Of a DNA stretch of 64,000 nt, positions 9,370 through 18,739 are shown piece after piece. The position numbers and the translations under genes were made by a program. How positions within the stretch are numbered: position 1 is the first letter of the stretch; each line of letters opens with the position of its first letter. The stretch comes from a virus (taxonomy: Duplodnaviria; Caudoviricetes): IMG/VR virus record IMGVR_UViG_3300025707_000484; one strand, given 5' to 3'. Below the pieces are notes generated by a model. That model was not told the origin of the DNA. It made no database searches and worked only from the letters and a program-made list of their open reading frames with translations.

Positions 9370-10658
9370 GAATGTATTTCATTATATACTACAGGAAAGA
9401 GTTCTTTATAATTTGTACCGCGCCGCTTATCTAATTCAGTGAGATATATATGAAATTGTTTTTGTAATTTTTTGTCAGGAGTGGACTGCTCTATGCTTTT
9501 GGCAATACCTCTATAATATTCTTTAGTAGATATTATAATATCTTCATCAAAGTCTTGTAATTTATTAATAGCATCAATATAACCCCAGTCAAGAATTTTT
9601 GGTCCAAAAATTGAAGGATGTACATATGGTCGGCCAGCGGCTTGCATTAAACTATTATGTACTATTTGATAATCATCTTTCCCTCTATTAGTAACAATCC
9701 ATTCATTCCACTCATTTGTTTTTTCCATTAGATCTGGTAAAGTAAATGTTGTTAATGGCATCCAACATATATTAATACCTGTTGATATATCTGTATTTTT
9801 AAAAATATACTGAATATTCTTCTCAAATAGTTTGAGATCTAAACCAAACCTAACATATTCTGCCTCAGGTCCCCAACAATCTATACTGCCAGTCACTTTA
9901 CCACCACGAATATTATCATCTTCTATTAGTTTTTGTAACTTATCTAATCGCACTCTCGTTTTATCATGTTCTACACTAAGATTACTAAAAAATGTTATAT
10001 TCAAATCAGGATTACGTTGAGTAGATAATAAATCTAATAATCTATCACTTTGTGGTTGTTTAAATGGCTCTCCACCCAAAACATATAACGTACGAAGGGA
10101 TTTTAAATTTTCCTCCAGCCAAGTAAACATTTTTTCTGTAAGACTTAACTCTGTGTAATCCTCATAAACATCATATGCTACTCCTTCTGTCACAACATCT
10201 ATATGACCAAATTTGGTATTTTCTGATTGCCAAGTACTACTAAAATGCTCACCACAATATATACAAGATAAATTACAATTATTACTAAAATATATCTCTA
10301 ACTCTGTTGGAGAGACATGTACTGCTTGCGGATTATCTAATAATTCTGGAGGTGAACCAGGGGCAAATGGATGAGTTAAATGTAACATTCTATCACTCAT
10401 TCCACCAGCATCTTCTATAACTCTACAATGCTCACACCCTTTTTCAGGCCAAACGTTATCAAGCATTTGTTGTCTAGCAAGTAATTTTTCTGGAGTATTA
10501 TGAAAATCAAAATTATCCGGAATAGCATCATGATTTACTCTATGACAACTGGCCGTCGTTCCTTTAGTAAGAAAAACTGTACTATGTGCCCATTTTAAAC
10601 GACACTGTAAATCTGATTGTATTGGATGCAGTACTGCTGTTTTTTGAGGTTTATGCAT
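9366..10658 (-). CDS. radical SAM protein with N-terminal SPASM/twitch-like Cys cluster
   Basis: CNLSCIYC, LGGEP; N-terminal C..SCH..CEHC. Confidence 0.9.
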   Translation of the reverse strand: MHKPQKTAVLHPIQSDLQCRLKWAHSTVFLTKGTTASCHRVNHDAIPDNFDFHNTPEKLLARQQMLDNVWPEKGCEHCRVIEDAGGMSDRMLHLTHPFAPGSPPELLDNPQAVHVSPTELEIYFSNNCNLSCIYCGEHFSSTWQSENTKFGHIDVVTEGVAYDVYEDYTELSLTEKMFTWLEENLKSLRTLYVLGGEPFKQPQSDRLLDLLSTQRNPDLNITFFSNLSVEHDKTRVRLDKLQKLIEDDNIRGGKVTGSIDCWGPEAEYVRFGLDLKLFEKNIQYIFKNTDISTGINICWMPLTTFTLPDLMEKTNEWNEWIVTNRGKDDYQIVHNSLMQAAGRPYVHPSIFGPKILDWGYIDAINKLQDFDEDIIISTKEYYRGIAKSIEQSTPDKKLQKQFHIYLTELDKRRGTNYKELFPVVYNEIHS

Positions 10659-11033
10659 TTACTTAACCTTTTGGATTAATTGTATATTACGGCGTTTAGT
10701 TCTGCGTTGTGCTAGTTCATTCATACTAACATATGGACCATGGACTATTTCTACGTCTTTAGCCATAAATGTTTTAATAAATGGTTTAAATGCGATAAAG
10801 TCTCGTTTGAGAAATATGTTTATAGGGAACATTCTATTTGATTCCCACCACCATACTTCGCCCAGTTCTAAAAACTTTTCTTTTGTCTCTATGTTTGGTA
10901 GTGCATTAAAATCGTAAACGCTTACTATAGTTGCATCTTTATTAAGAATAATACCAACGACTTCCCTATCAATATGTTTAATATAACTGATAAAAGGATA
11001 CTTTTCTGTTAGCTCTTCGTATATGTTTGGCAT
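10659..11033 (-). CDS. hypothetical protein
   Basis: 124-aa ORF with WWWESNR motif, abutting the next gene. Confidence 0.75.
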   Translation of the reverse strand: MPNIYEELTEKYPFISYIKHIDREVVGIILNKDATIVSVYDFNALPNIETKEKFLELGEVWWWESNRMFPINIFLKRDFIAFKPFIKTFMAKDVEIVHGPYVSMNELAQRRTKRRNIQLIQKVK

Positions 11034-11059
11034 ATAAATATAATAAAAGGTCTTATAAT

Positions 11060-11839
11060 ATGTTAGTTACTACGGTCTATTTATATAACCAGAATGTTAA
11101 TCTGAAAATAAAGGCGGACACTGATAAGGAGCATTGGGGGTATGAAATGTATAATCATCCTATAAAGGTATACAAGGGTATTGACAATACCATACAATTG
11201 TCACTAAAGAACGATAATCAAAAGTCGTTAACGATCACTGATAAAACAATAACGTTTAATATTTTAGATAATGTTGGTGATACTGGTGTGTTATTAAGTA
11301 AAACGGCCACATTAGTAGATGGAATTAAAGGAACGGCGAAAGTTGTTATAACAGAAGGTGATCTACTAAATTTAGACTCTCAATATCTTAATTACTCTGT
11401 AACAGTAGTAGACGGTGAATCCAATACTAGTATTGGTTATGTAGATGGCGCATATGATGTATTAGGACAATTACAAATTTCAGATGGTGTTTTTCCAACA
11501 CTTACAGATAGTAAAGTATTAAACACAGCAGACTTTACCATCTCAGGTTCAACTCATACAAGTAATCCATTAGTAGCAGATTCAAAACTTAATCAAAATA
11601 CAGCATTACAAACTGCGGCGTTTTATTTTTCAGGTACATATACTGGCACTATTGTAATACAAGGTACATTAAATGAAAATATATCATTAGCAGATGATGA
11701 TTATTTTGATATTAAAACATTAAATTTAACTGACCAAACTGGTGTTGGTTATACAAACTGGAATGGTGTTCATAGTAGAATTCGTATTAAATGTACTCCT
11801 ACATCAGGTGGATTAGAAAAAGTTTTATATCGTCCTTAA
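11060..11839 (+). CDS. probable virion structural protein (beta-rich, baseplate-like)
   Basis: TATAAATA at 11033-11040 precedes MLVTTVY; beta-strand-rich sequence. Confidence 0.65.
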   Translation: MLVTTVYLYNQNVNLKIKADTDKEHWGYEMYNHPIKVYKGIDNTIQLSLKNDNQKSLTITDKTITFNILDNVGDTGVLLSKTATLVDGIKGTAKVVITEGDLLNLDSQYLNYSVTVVDGESNTSIGYVDGAYDVLGQLQISDGVFPTLTDSKVLNTADFTISGSTHTSNPLVADSKLNQNTALQTAAFYFSGTYTGTIVIQGTLNENISLADDDYFDIKTLNLTDQTGVGYTNWNGVHSRIRIKCTPTSGGLEKVLYRP

Positions 11840-11875
11840 ATTCTCGTACAGTTATAAAAAGCAGTAAATAATAAT

Positions 11876-13651
11876 ATGCGTATAAAATTTATCGTATTTG
11901 GCTCAAACGCCGACACAGGTGATCTAACCACTGAATTAAGGCAAGATGGCTCACTTGAAGGAATAAATGATTATTTTCTAACGCCAATATATTATTTCTT
12001 AAAATCTTTCTATAAAAAAATTGGAAAATACTATAACAAATACATATGGCTACCTACTGAATATGGTGAATTCAAGAATACTAGTGTAAAAAATATAATA
12101 TCCATAATCGAAAAAGAAAAACCAGATATTATTTGTTTCTCTATGTTTTTATGGAATTTTGATGTACAAATAAAAATAGCAAATATAATAAAACAAAAAC
12201 ATCCTAATATAAAACTTATTGCTGGCGGGCCGAGCATTGATCATAAAAATCCAAATACTGCTAATAACTATCCTTTTATAGATTATTTTGTCTATGGTGA
12301 TGGTGAAAAAGCTTTTACTATGTTGTTAGATAGTTTTTATGAGCCAATAGATGAAAGAACAATACCGAATTTAATAACAAAAGAATTTAAAACTAATCAC
12401 GAAATCTTACGATTTAAAGATTATCCAGCATTTAGTCCATATTGTGATTTAAAAGAAGACTTTATTAATGAACATAATCAGATTACAGATTACTTAAACA
12501 AAAATACTACTAATAATTACGTACTTACTTACTCTTTCGAAAGAATACGTGGTTGTCCATATGCTTGTACGTTTTGTGATTGGAGTGGTGGGTTACATCA
12601 CAAATTAAACAAAAGATTGGGAGATTGGAAGGAAGAAATAAAGTTTCTTTCAAAATTTAATAACATATCTATGCATTGGATTGATGCTAATATTGGAATG
12701 ATGAAGGAGGATATTGAAATATTTAAATTTGGTCTATCATACACAACTAATTCTTTTTCCTTTAGCGGCGGGAACATGGCAAAATTACATAAAAGCAATG
12801 TTTTTGATATATGGAGAGCTATATATGAACATGGGCGCGGCAATGTGTTTAAAGTATCATTACAACATCAAGATAAACAAATATTAAAAAACATTAATAG
12901 ACCAGAACTTCCATGGAATGAACATAAAAAATTATTAATTAATTTTAGACAAAAATATAATAAGGCAGAATATAAAGTAGAATTAATTCATGGATTACCT
13001 GGCGCAACTATTGAAGCTCATAAAAAACAATTAATAGAATTCAGTGAAATACCTATAAGTATTGCATCTTTGTATGCATGGGAGTTATTACATAGTAGTC
13101 CTGCATATGACAAATCTTATCAAGAAAAACATAATCTAAAAATAATCACTGCTGGAGTTGTTAACACCAATGTCATAAACTCCACTATTGATGATTTATA
13201 TCATAATGTATCATCTGATAATTATAATCCAATAGAAATATATCAATCAGAGAGAATATGCGATAGTAATTTAGGTTTTAAAGAATATTTGATTATCACG
13301 TATATGACAATATTATATAATATGTTATTTGAAACTACATTAACAACGTCTGAATACAATAAAATTAGATTTATTAACTTTTTAGATTATGCAATGCCAA
13401 TAATTGAAAAATTGGCCGGGGAGCAAACTAAAGACTGGGATGAGAAATTAGAAAAATACGGATTTATTATATTCGGGTTACCGTTTGGATCAAATAAAAC
13501 TCAAACAGTACAACTTGGCTTAGGATTGACAATGATTTGTAATAAATTATTTAGTGGATTACTTTCAGGAAATATTCAAACACCATGGTGGGATGCGTAT
13601 GGTCATATAGAAGATAAAACGAAACAAAGAGGTTCATTGAGTGAGGTTTAA
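11876..13651 (+). CDS. cobalamin(B12)-binding radical SAM protein
   Basis: N-terminal B12-binding-like domain (PDIICFS..WN, IAGGP, GDGE) plus RGCPYACTFCDW. Confidence 0.9.
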   Translation: MRIKFIVFGSNADTGDLTTELRQDGSLEGINDYFLTPIYYFLKSFYKKIGKYYNKYIWLPTEYGEFKNTSVKNIISIIEKEKPDIICFSMFLWNFDVQIKIANIIKQKHPNIKLIAGGPSIDHKNPNTANNYPFIDYFVYGDGEKAFTMLLDSFYEPIDERTIPNLITKEFKTNHEILRFKDYPAFSPYCDLKEDFINEHNQITDYLNKNTTNNYVLTYSFERIRGCPYACTFCDWSGGLHHKLNKRLGDWKEEIKFLSKFNNISMHWIDANIGMMKEDIEIFKFGLSYTTNSFSFSGGNMAKLHKSNVFDIWRAIYEHGRGNVFKVSLQHQDKQILKNINRPELPWNEHKKLLINFRQKYNKAEYKVELIHGLPGATIEAHKKQLIEFSEIPISIASLYAWELLHSSPAYDKSYQEKHNLKIITAGVVNTNVINSTIDDLYHNVSSDNYNPIEIYQSERICDSNLGFKEYLIITYMTILYNMLFETTLTTSEYNKIRFINFLDYAMPIIEKLAGEQTKDWDEKLEKYGFIIFGLPFGSNKTQTVQLGLGLTMICNKLFSGLLSGNIQTPWWDAYGHIEDKTKQRGSLSEV

Positions 13652-14212
13652 ATTAAGTAAATTCATATGCACAACGACCAAATGTGCATAGGCAACCGCA
13701 TGTGATTTCTTAAAATAATAACCTTTATCAGGCTTTTCCCATACTTGCTCACCAATTTCTTCCCATGATTTGCCAATCAAATAACGTTTTGCTGGCCGTA
13801 TTACAGATAAAAACATTGCCATGCGTGGAATAGTATCTGGCATCATTTTTTTAATAAGATCATATTGATTACCGATATGTATTACTTGCTCACAATATTC
13901 TTTCTCTGCTAATCTTTCCCAAGGTGGTTCTGTAAACATTAAATCAATCAAATGTGCTTCACTTTCAACTTGGCTATATACATTTACATTAAGCAAATCC
14001 AATTTAAAATATCCGCGTTCTTCCGCGTCTTTATGATCAAGTGAACAAATACCTTTTACTGGATCTGTCGGCACATCAGTAAAATACGCACCAGTATTAT
14101 GCTTAATTAATTCATTTGCCCTAATAATAGTCGCAGGAGTATGATGCTTTACTTTTTCCAGCACAGCAGTTCTATCTGCAAAATCTATATCAATATCAAA
14201 CTTAAGGCTCAT
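13634..14212 (-). CDS. dnaE: miniature DNA polymerase III alpha (DnaE)-like protein
   Basis: DIDIDF, KHNTG, YFKLDLL, SVIRP and FKKSHAVAY motifs within 192 aa. Confidence 0.8.
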   Translation of the reverse strand: MSLKFDIDIDFADRTAVLEKVKHHTPATIIRANELIKHNTGAYFTDVPTDPVKGICSLDHKDAEERGYFKLDLLNVNVYSQVESEAHLIDLMFTEPPWERLAEKEYCEQVIHIGNQYDLIKKMMPDTIPRMAMFLSVIRPAKRYLIGKSWEEIGEQVWEKPDKGYYFKKSHAVAYAHLVVVHMNLLNLNLTQ

Positions 14213-14909
14213 TTTGATTTCTCGTTCTTGGTATAATTGGCAATGCTAAAAATCCTAAACGTGGTGTTGGTAAATTTCCACCAGCATCATCAAATGCTTC
14301 TATATATTCATATCCATGATTAAAATATGTTTTTTTATAATAACTTGAATCTTCCCACCACACTATCAATTCTTTATGCTTATCTATTGGGTCTGGATTG
14401 GATCGCAAGTGTACTTCTATAATATTATCATCAATACACTCTACATTTATTTTACCTACATCTTTCAACTCATCAAACCACTCTGGAAGTTCAACAAATC
14501 TATTCATCTTAACCCATTTACTCCATCTCCACAACTTTTCTTCTCCAGTTTCCCTGTATCCTTCCCAACAATTTAATTGTCGCCAACCTTTTGTATATCG
14601 CGGAGTTCTTAATGGTCCTTCCCAGTCCTCTTCCCATTCAAAATCATATGAGAAATGTCTCCCTTCAAACTTTTCACACCAAAAATGACCCGACGGTATG
14701 GTAATCCATTCATGTGGATCCATTTTTATAGTTTTAGCACCCACACCCATACCTTCTAAATTCATAATAGGGCGCACAATATATTCTTCATCAAACAATA
14801 CATTTACACCAGCCGGGCCACATCTATAGCCTAACTTTTCACTTAACCATAACTTATTATACCATTTACGGTGATGTGGATAAGTGTCATAGGCAACTGC
14901 GTCATCCAA
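14202..14909 (-). CDS. ATP-grasp-like phage protein
   Basis: IVRPIMNLEGMG, WCEKFEG, INVE...IIEVHLR. Confidence 0.55.
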   Translation of the reverse strand: MDDAVAYDTYPHHRKWYNKLWLSEKLGYRCGPAGVNVLFDEEYIVRPIMNLEGMGVGAKTIKMDPHEWITIPSGHFWCEKFEGRHFSYDFEWEEDWEGPLRTPRYTKGWRQLNCWEGYRETGEEKLWRWSKWVKMNRFVELPEWFDELKDVGKINVECIDDNIIEVHLRSNPDPIDKHKELIVWWEDSSYYKKTYFNHGYEYIEAFDDAGGNLPTPRLGFLALPIIPRTRNQNEP

Positions 14910-15096
14910 ATTTTTGCTCCATAAACATTATTTTATCTTTAAGCCATAACTTTTCTTTTTTCAATTCAATTATTTTCATATGTACTTCGCCAATATCTTG
15001 CTCATTCTCCTCGATTTCCCATATCGTTTTATCTAACTCTTTATGCCTAATTTTTAACTTTTCCAAATCAAGGTTGTATACATTTTCATTAGTCAT
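14902..15096 (-). CDS. DUF465/YdcH-like small coiled-coil protein
   Basis: HKELDKTI...LKKEKLWLKDKI. Confidence 0.7.
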   Translation of the reverse strand: MTNENVYNLDLEKLKIRHKELDKTIWEIEENEQDIGEVHMKIIELKKEKLWLKDKIMFMEQKFG

Positions 15097-15108
15097 TAAA
15101 TATCTCCT

Positions 15109-15810
15109 TTACATGTTTGCGTCACTTAAAATATGTTTAACCCATTCTACATCGGCCATAAACGCTTCAAAACGTCTACTCCAATATATTGGGTCTATAA
15201 AATCATTAATTAAACCTAACTGCTCATCAGTCATTTTCTCTAACATTTCCATGCCTGTTTTACTATTATAGATTGTCCATGGACTTATTTTTCCATTTCT
15301 AATTAATGCTACTGCTTTATTGAAACTTACAAACTTAAAAAAATGATTGAACCGGGCATCATTTTCAGTTGCCCATTTTTCCATAGTTATAATACTGCGC
15401 TCTAATGCATCACGAACGTTTTCAGTTTTAATATATGGTAATAGATACTCCTCATATACAGCATCTTTACACCAGTGATCTAACTTTGTATTACTTTTAA
15501 TAACATAATCTATAAAGTAATCTGGATTTATTACGTTAATATTAATAATGTGGTTACCAAATTTTACAAAAGCATTATAATATTGACTTTGTGAAAAGTG
15601 CTCATATGTTTTAAAATTTGAACTGCCTTGTGTTAACTCATAGAACCGTTTGTAAGCAATATACGCAATTTGTACATGCTTTGCATCCTGTTGTTGATGC
15701 CTACGCTTGGGCTCACATACGTGCGCCGCTAGTGTTTTCTCTCTTGTAAAACTCCTTTTACAAAATTGGCACTCATAATCTTTCTCTGATTGACTTATCA
15801 TCATAACCAT
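15109..15810 (-). CDS. protein with N-terminal zinc finger
   Basis: YECQFC..F.REKTLAAHVC. Confidence 0.75.
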   Translation of the reverse strand: MVMMISQSEKDYECQFCKRSFTREKTLAAHVCEPKRRHQQQDAKHVQIAYIAYKRFYELTQGSSNFKTYEHFSQSQYYNAFVKFGNHIININVINPDYFIDYVIKSNTKLDHWCKDAVYEEYLLPYIKTENVRDALERSIITMEKWATENDARFNHFFKFVSFNKAVALIRNGKISPWTIYNSKTGMEMLEKMTDEQLGLINDFIDPIYWSRRFEAFMADVEWVKHILSDANM

Positions 15811-16243
15811 GTTCTATTGCTAATTGTTTAAGTTCTTTCTTGTCACACATCTCAGCATATGCTTCGACGTCACTTAATTTCCAAGTTGGATATAATTCTC
15901 TTAGAAACTTTGTCTTTTTATTATCTTTTACATTTTTTTTCATTGGCAGATACTTGCGATTAAAACTGCCAATTTTGGGATTAATAGCACACAAAATCAT
16001 CCATACTAACTTTGGATGCTTACTAATTTCCCAGAAATCTTTATTTAATTCTTCATTTGTAGAGCGTATCATATACTCTTGCAAGTCGTTATTACCCGTA
16101 GCACTTGCATTATATTTTAATTGCAAATAAGAACTAAATGCTTTTTGCTTTTCTTTCCCAATCCGACCATAGAACCAATAATCTTTATTATCTAATGCAT
16201 TAAATATCTCTTTAAGAGGTAATATTGGTTGTTTACGTGGCAT
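15773..16243 (-). CDS. clamp loader small subunit (gp62-like)
   Basis: Size, replication context and FSSYL / RKYLPMKK / LRELY pattern resemble gp62. Confidence 0.55.
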   Translation of the reverse strand: MPRKQPILPLKEIFNALDNKDYWFYGRIGKEKQKAFSSYLQLKYNASATGNNDLQEYMIRSTNEELNKDFWEISKHPKLVWMILCAINPKIGSFNRKYLPMKKNVKDNKKTKFLRELYPTWKLSDVEAYAEMCDKKELKQLAIEHGYDDKSIRERL

Positions 16244-16874
16244 TTCTTTCTCTTATATGGGTATGAAAGTTATTTGTAAATACTTCTGATATATACTCTT
16301 CTATTTTAACATGTTTCATATATTTGTCAAGTTCGAAGGGTATACTATCAGCAACCCGAGTAATGATGCCGCCTTTTTCTCTAAACCTATTGCTAATCAT
16401 TTTCAAGTTGTATGCGTCTATAATAAACCCGCCTGCTTCTTTATTGCTTGGCTTATATTGGGGTGAATCCTTATACACATTGTTTGTTAATCCGTCAGTA
16501 GTTTCAAGATCAAATCCAATAATATCAATTTCTTTATGATCCCGCATTGCTATGCATATTGCCATATGTCCGGAATTCATCATTGGTTCATATTCGGGCA
16601 TATCTTCCACAAAATAAACATGCTTTGGCATACCATAAAATGTATTACCTTCTGGTTCATCTACAGCACGACCAGCCTGATGAGAATTATATTCAAATTC
16701 AGTCCGCATTTCTTTATCAATTATAACTAAATGATCTGGATTAAATTCTCTATATAGAGCATTACATCCATATATTTCCCACTCATTGCGTTTGAATAAA
16801 TTTAAACCAATTCTTTTTCGACTCTCACCATTTCCTACTACTAATGCTTTTTTCATTTTACGTTGAAGGCCCAA
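16233..16874 (-). CDS. Maf/CstII (DUF115)-like putative glycosyltransferase
   Basis: VVGNGES, YGCNALY, NSG..A, IIGFDL motifs. Confidence 0.65.
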   Translation of the reverse strand: MGLQRKMKKALVVGNGESRKRIGLNLFKRNEWEIYGCNALYREFNPDHLVIIDKEMRTEFEYNSHQAGRAVDEPEGNTFYGMPKHVYFVEDMPEYEPMMNSGHMAICIAMRDHKEIDIIGFDLETTDGLTNNVYKDSPQYKPSNKEAGGFIIDAYNLKMISNRFREKGGIITRVADSIPFELDKYMKHVKIEEYISEVFTNNFHTHIRERNAT

Positions 16875-16887
16875 TGCTCCAAAACTT

Positions 16888-17724
16888 CTAGTACGGGCTA
16901 TTCATCCGGCCGGCCTCGTCATCCCAATGCCAATACTCACAATTTCCACCATGAATATGACAGTGGCCTGGACCCAACATATTAAAATGAAAGTAATCTA
17001 TCATATCACCAACTCTACCATGAATATGAGCAATATGTGCTTGAGCAGGAGTATTTTCTTGTTTAAACACATCCAGTATAAAATGAGCCAAATTTTTATT
17101 ATTTTCATCATTCATATGATTATTTCTTTTGGTGTCAACTGGATCAGTGTCAACATTACGGGTCCAATCTTTCTCAGATAAAAATTCTGACTTAGAAATA
17201 GCGATTAAAGGAATACGTGCCATTGGTCCACTTTTAGGTATATAATCATTCATACTGTTCTCAAAACACGGTAACCATATACATCGTTGTCTATACTCAA
17301 GCAACATATTATCAATTGATTGTAATAATGCGACCTGTATATCAAGATTATATTCCTCATCATACAGCATTTTATAATATAATGTAATTGCTTTTTTGTA
17401 TTCGAACATTTGACTAATATTATCTTTCTCCCAATTTAAAAAAGTTGTACTCATGTTTTGATCAAAATCAACTTTAACATGTTTATTATATAATCTATGC
17501 GGATTCGTAACACATATCACAATATAATCAACTTTTCCGATTACTGTTTTAATTTGCTTATAAGCACTATACAAGGCTGAAGCAGGTTGGCCAGCACACA
17601 TAATTTCAGCACTTAATTCATATGCTATTATATCTAAATATGACACACTGTCACAATTGTAGTATGGCGTCCGGAAGTCCCGGGAGTCTGCACAAAAACT
17701 ATCTCCGCAAAATGCTATTTTCAT
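16888..17724 (-). CDS. SGNH hydrolase-like protein
   Basis: FCGDSF block I; NH near the C-terminus. Confidence 0.6.
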   Translation of the reverse strand: MKIAFCGDSFCADSRDFRTPYYNCDSVSYLDIIAYELSAEIMCAGQPASALYSAYKQIKTVIGKVDYIVICVTNPHRLYNKHVKVDFDQNMSTTFLNWEKDNISQMFEYKKAITLYYKMLYDEEYNLDIQVALLQSIDNMLLEYRQRCIWLPCFENSMNDYIPKSGPMARIPLIAISKSEFLSEKDWTRNVDTDPVDTKRNNHMNDENNKNLAHFILDVFKQENTPAQAHIAHIHGRVGDMIDYFHFNMLGPGHCHIHGGNCEYWHWDDEAGRMNSPY

Positions 17725-18224
17725 TACATTACCTGGTTAACATCTATTACCTCAGATTGTTTATTAATTTCACTTACAAAATATGCACATTGGGGTTTTG
17801 GATCATCATTTAATGGTATTGCTAATAATTGACCTGTTTTAAGTTTTGGAAAATACCATTTAACTTCTGTATAGATATCTACAATGTCTATTTCTCTATA
17901 CTCATGCATATATCCACTTAGACAATTATATAAAAATGCTTCAAAACCTCTATCATTCACACTTGTTAGGGGCAATACTTCTAAGTCTCCCACTTCAGGA
18001 CTACCCACTACAATGTGCCAATCAACTGGCATCATTATTCTATCTTTCCCCAATTGAATTACTAATGCTGGCGCATTAAAACTCTCTAAAAATATTAAGG
18101 GAATAAAAAAGTAATCTGGATCCTGTGGATTACTATTATCTAATATACAAAAACGAACATCATCTACCTTTTCAGGCATCTCATTCATAGCGAATGCTTT
18201 ATCTTCTAATGTATGTATTCTCAT
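17724..18224 (-). CDS. hypothetical protein
   Basis: 166-aa ORF with SD-like AAGGA. Confidence 0.75.
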   Translation of the reverse strand: MRIHTLEDKAFAMNEMPEKVDDVRFCILDNSNPQDPDYFFIPLIFLESFNAPALVIQLGKDRIMMPVDWHIVVGSPEVGDLEVLPLTSVNDRGFEAFLYNCLSGYMHEYREIDIVDIYTEVKWYFPKLKTGQLLAIPLNDDPKPQCAYFVSEINKQSEVIDVNQVM

Positions 18225-18244
18225 TGATTTCCTTATTTAATTGA

Positions 18245-18739
18245 TTAAAAAGGTGGAATTTGATCAGCAGTTCCATCATCTGCTGTATTACCTCCATCTT
18301 TTATAGCATCGTCTTTATCCGTCGTAGGTGGTTTATAATTAGGATTTGGCACTATTCCTTTCTTAGGATCTACTACATATGCAGAATTATCTTTTGGTGG
18401 AATAGATAGAGGTGTATTAGCATCTCCATGTCCTTTAACTGTAGTACTTGCTCTTGGTGCTATACCTGGTGCAACTGGCGTTGATGATTTAACATCTGCA
18501 GCTTTCTGATCTTGTAACTTTTGAGCAAGGTTTAAAGTATTAACTATTTTTTCTAATGATGCAATTTGCTTCACTAATAAAATAATTTCAGACTGTAATC
18601 CCTTGTTCTCGGCTTTGGCCCTAATTAACTCCTCCGCAAGGTCCTTAATAGATTCTTGTATAGATTTGATGTTGTCGGACACTTCGTGGTGCTTTTTGTA
18701 AAGATCACTCACTTGTGTACTCATGCCAATATTTAGCAC
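18245..18739 (-). CDS. coiled-coil, Pro-rich hypothetical protein
   Basis: 164 aa; start may be the ATG at 18724. Confidence 0.65.
   Translation of the reverse strand: MLNIGMSTQVSDLYKKHHEVSDNIKSIQESIKDLAEELIRAKAENKGLQSEIILLVKQIASLEKIVNTLNLAQKLQDQKAADVKSSTPVAPGIAPRASTTVKGHGDANTPLSIPPKDNSAYVVDPKKGIVPNPNYKPPTTDKDDAIKDGGNTADDGTADQIPPF

Noticed and set aside
15109-15810. gp59 helicase loader assignment
   Set aside because: Context is suggestive but no diagnostic motif was recognised; left as a Zn-finger protein
17724-18224. Possible Hint/intein-like domain
   Set aside because: No N-terminal Cys/Ser nucleophile or terminal HN; resemblance is too weak by eye
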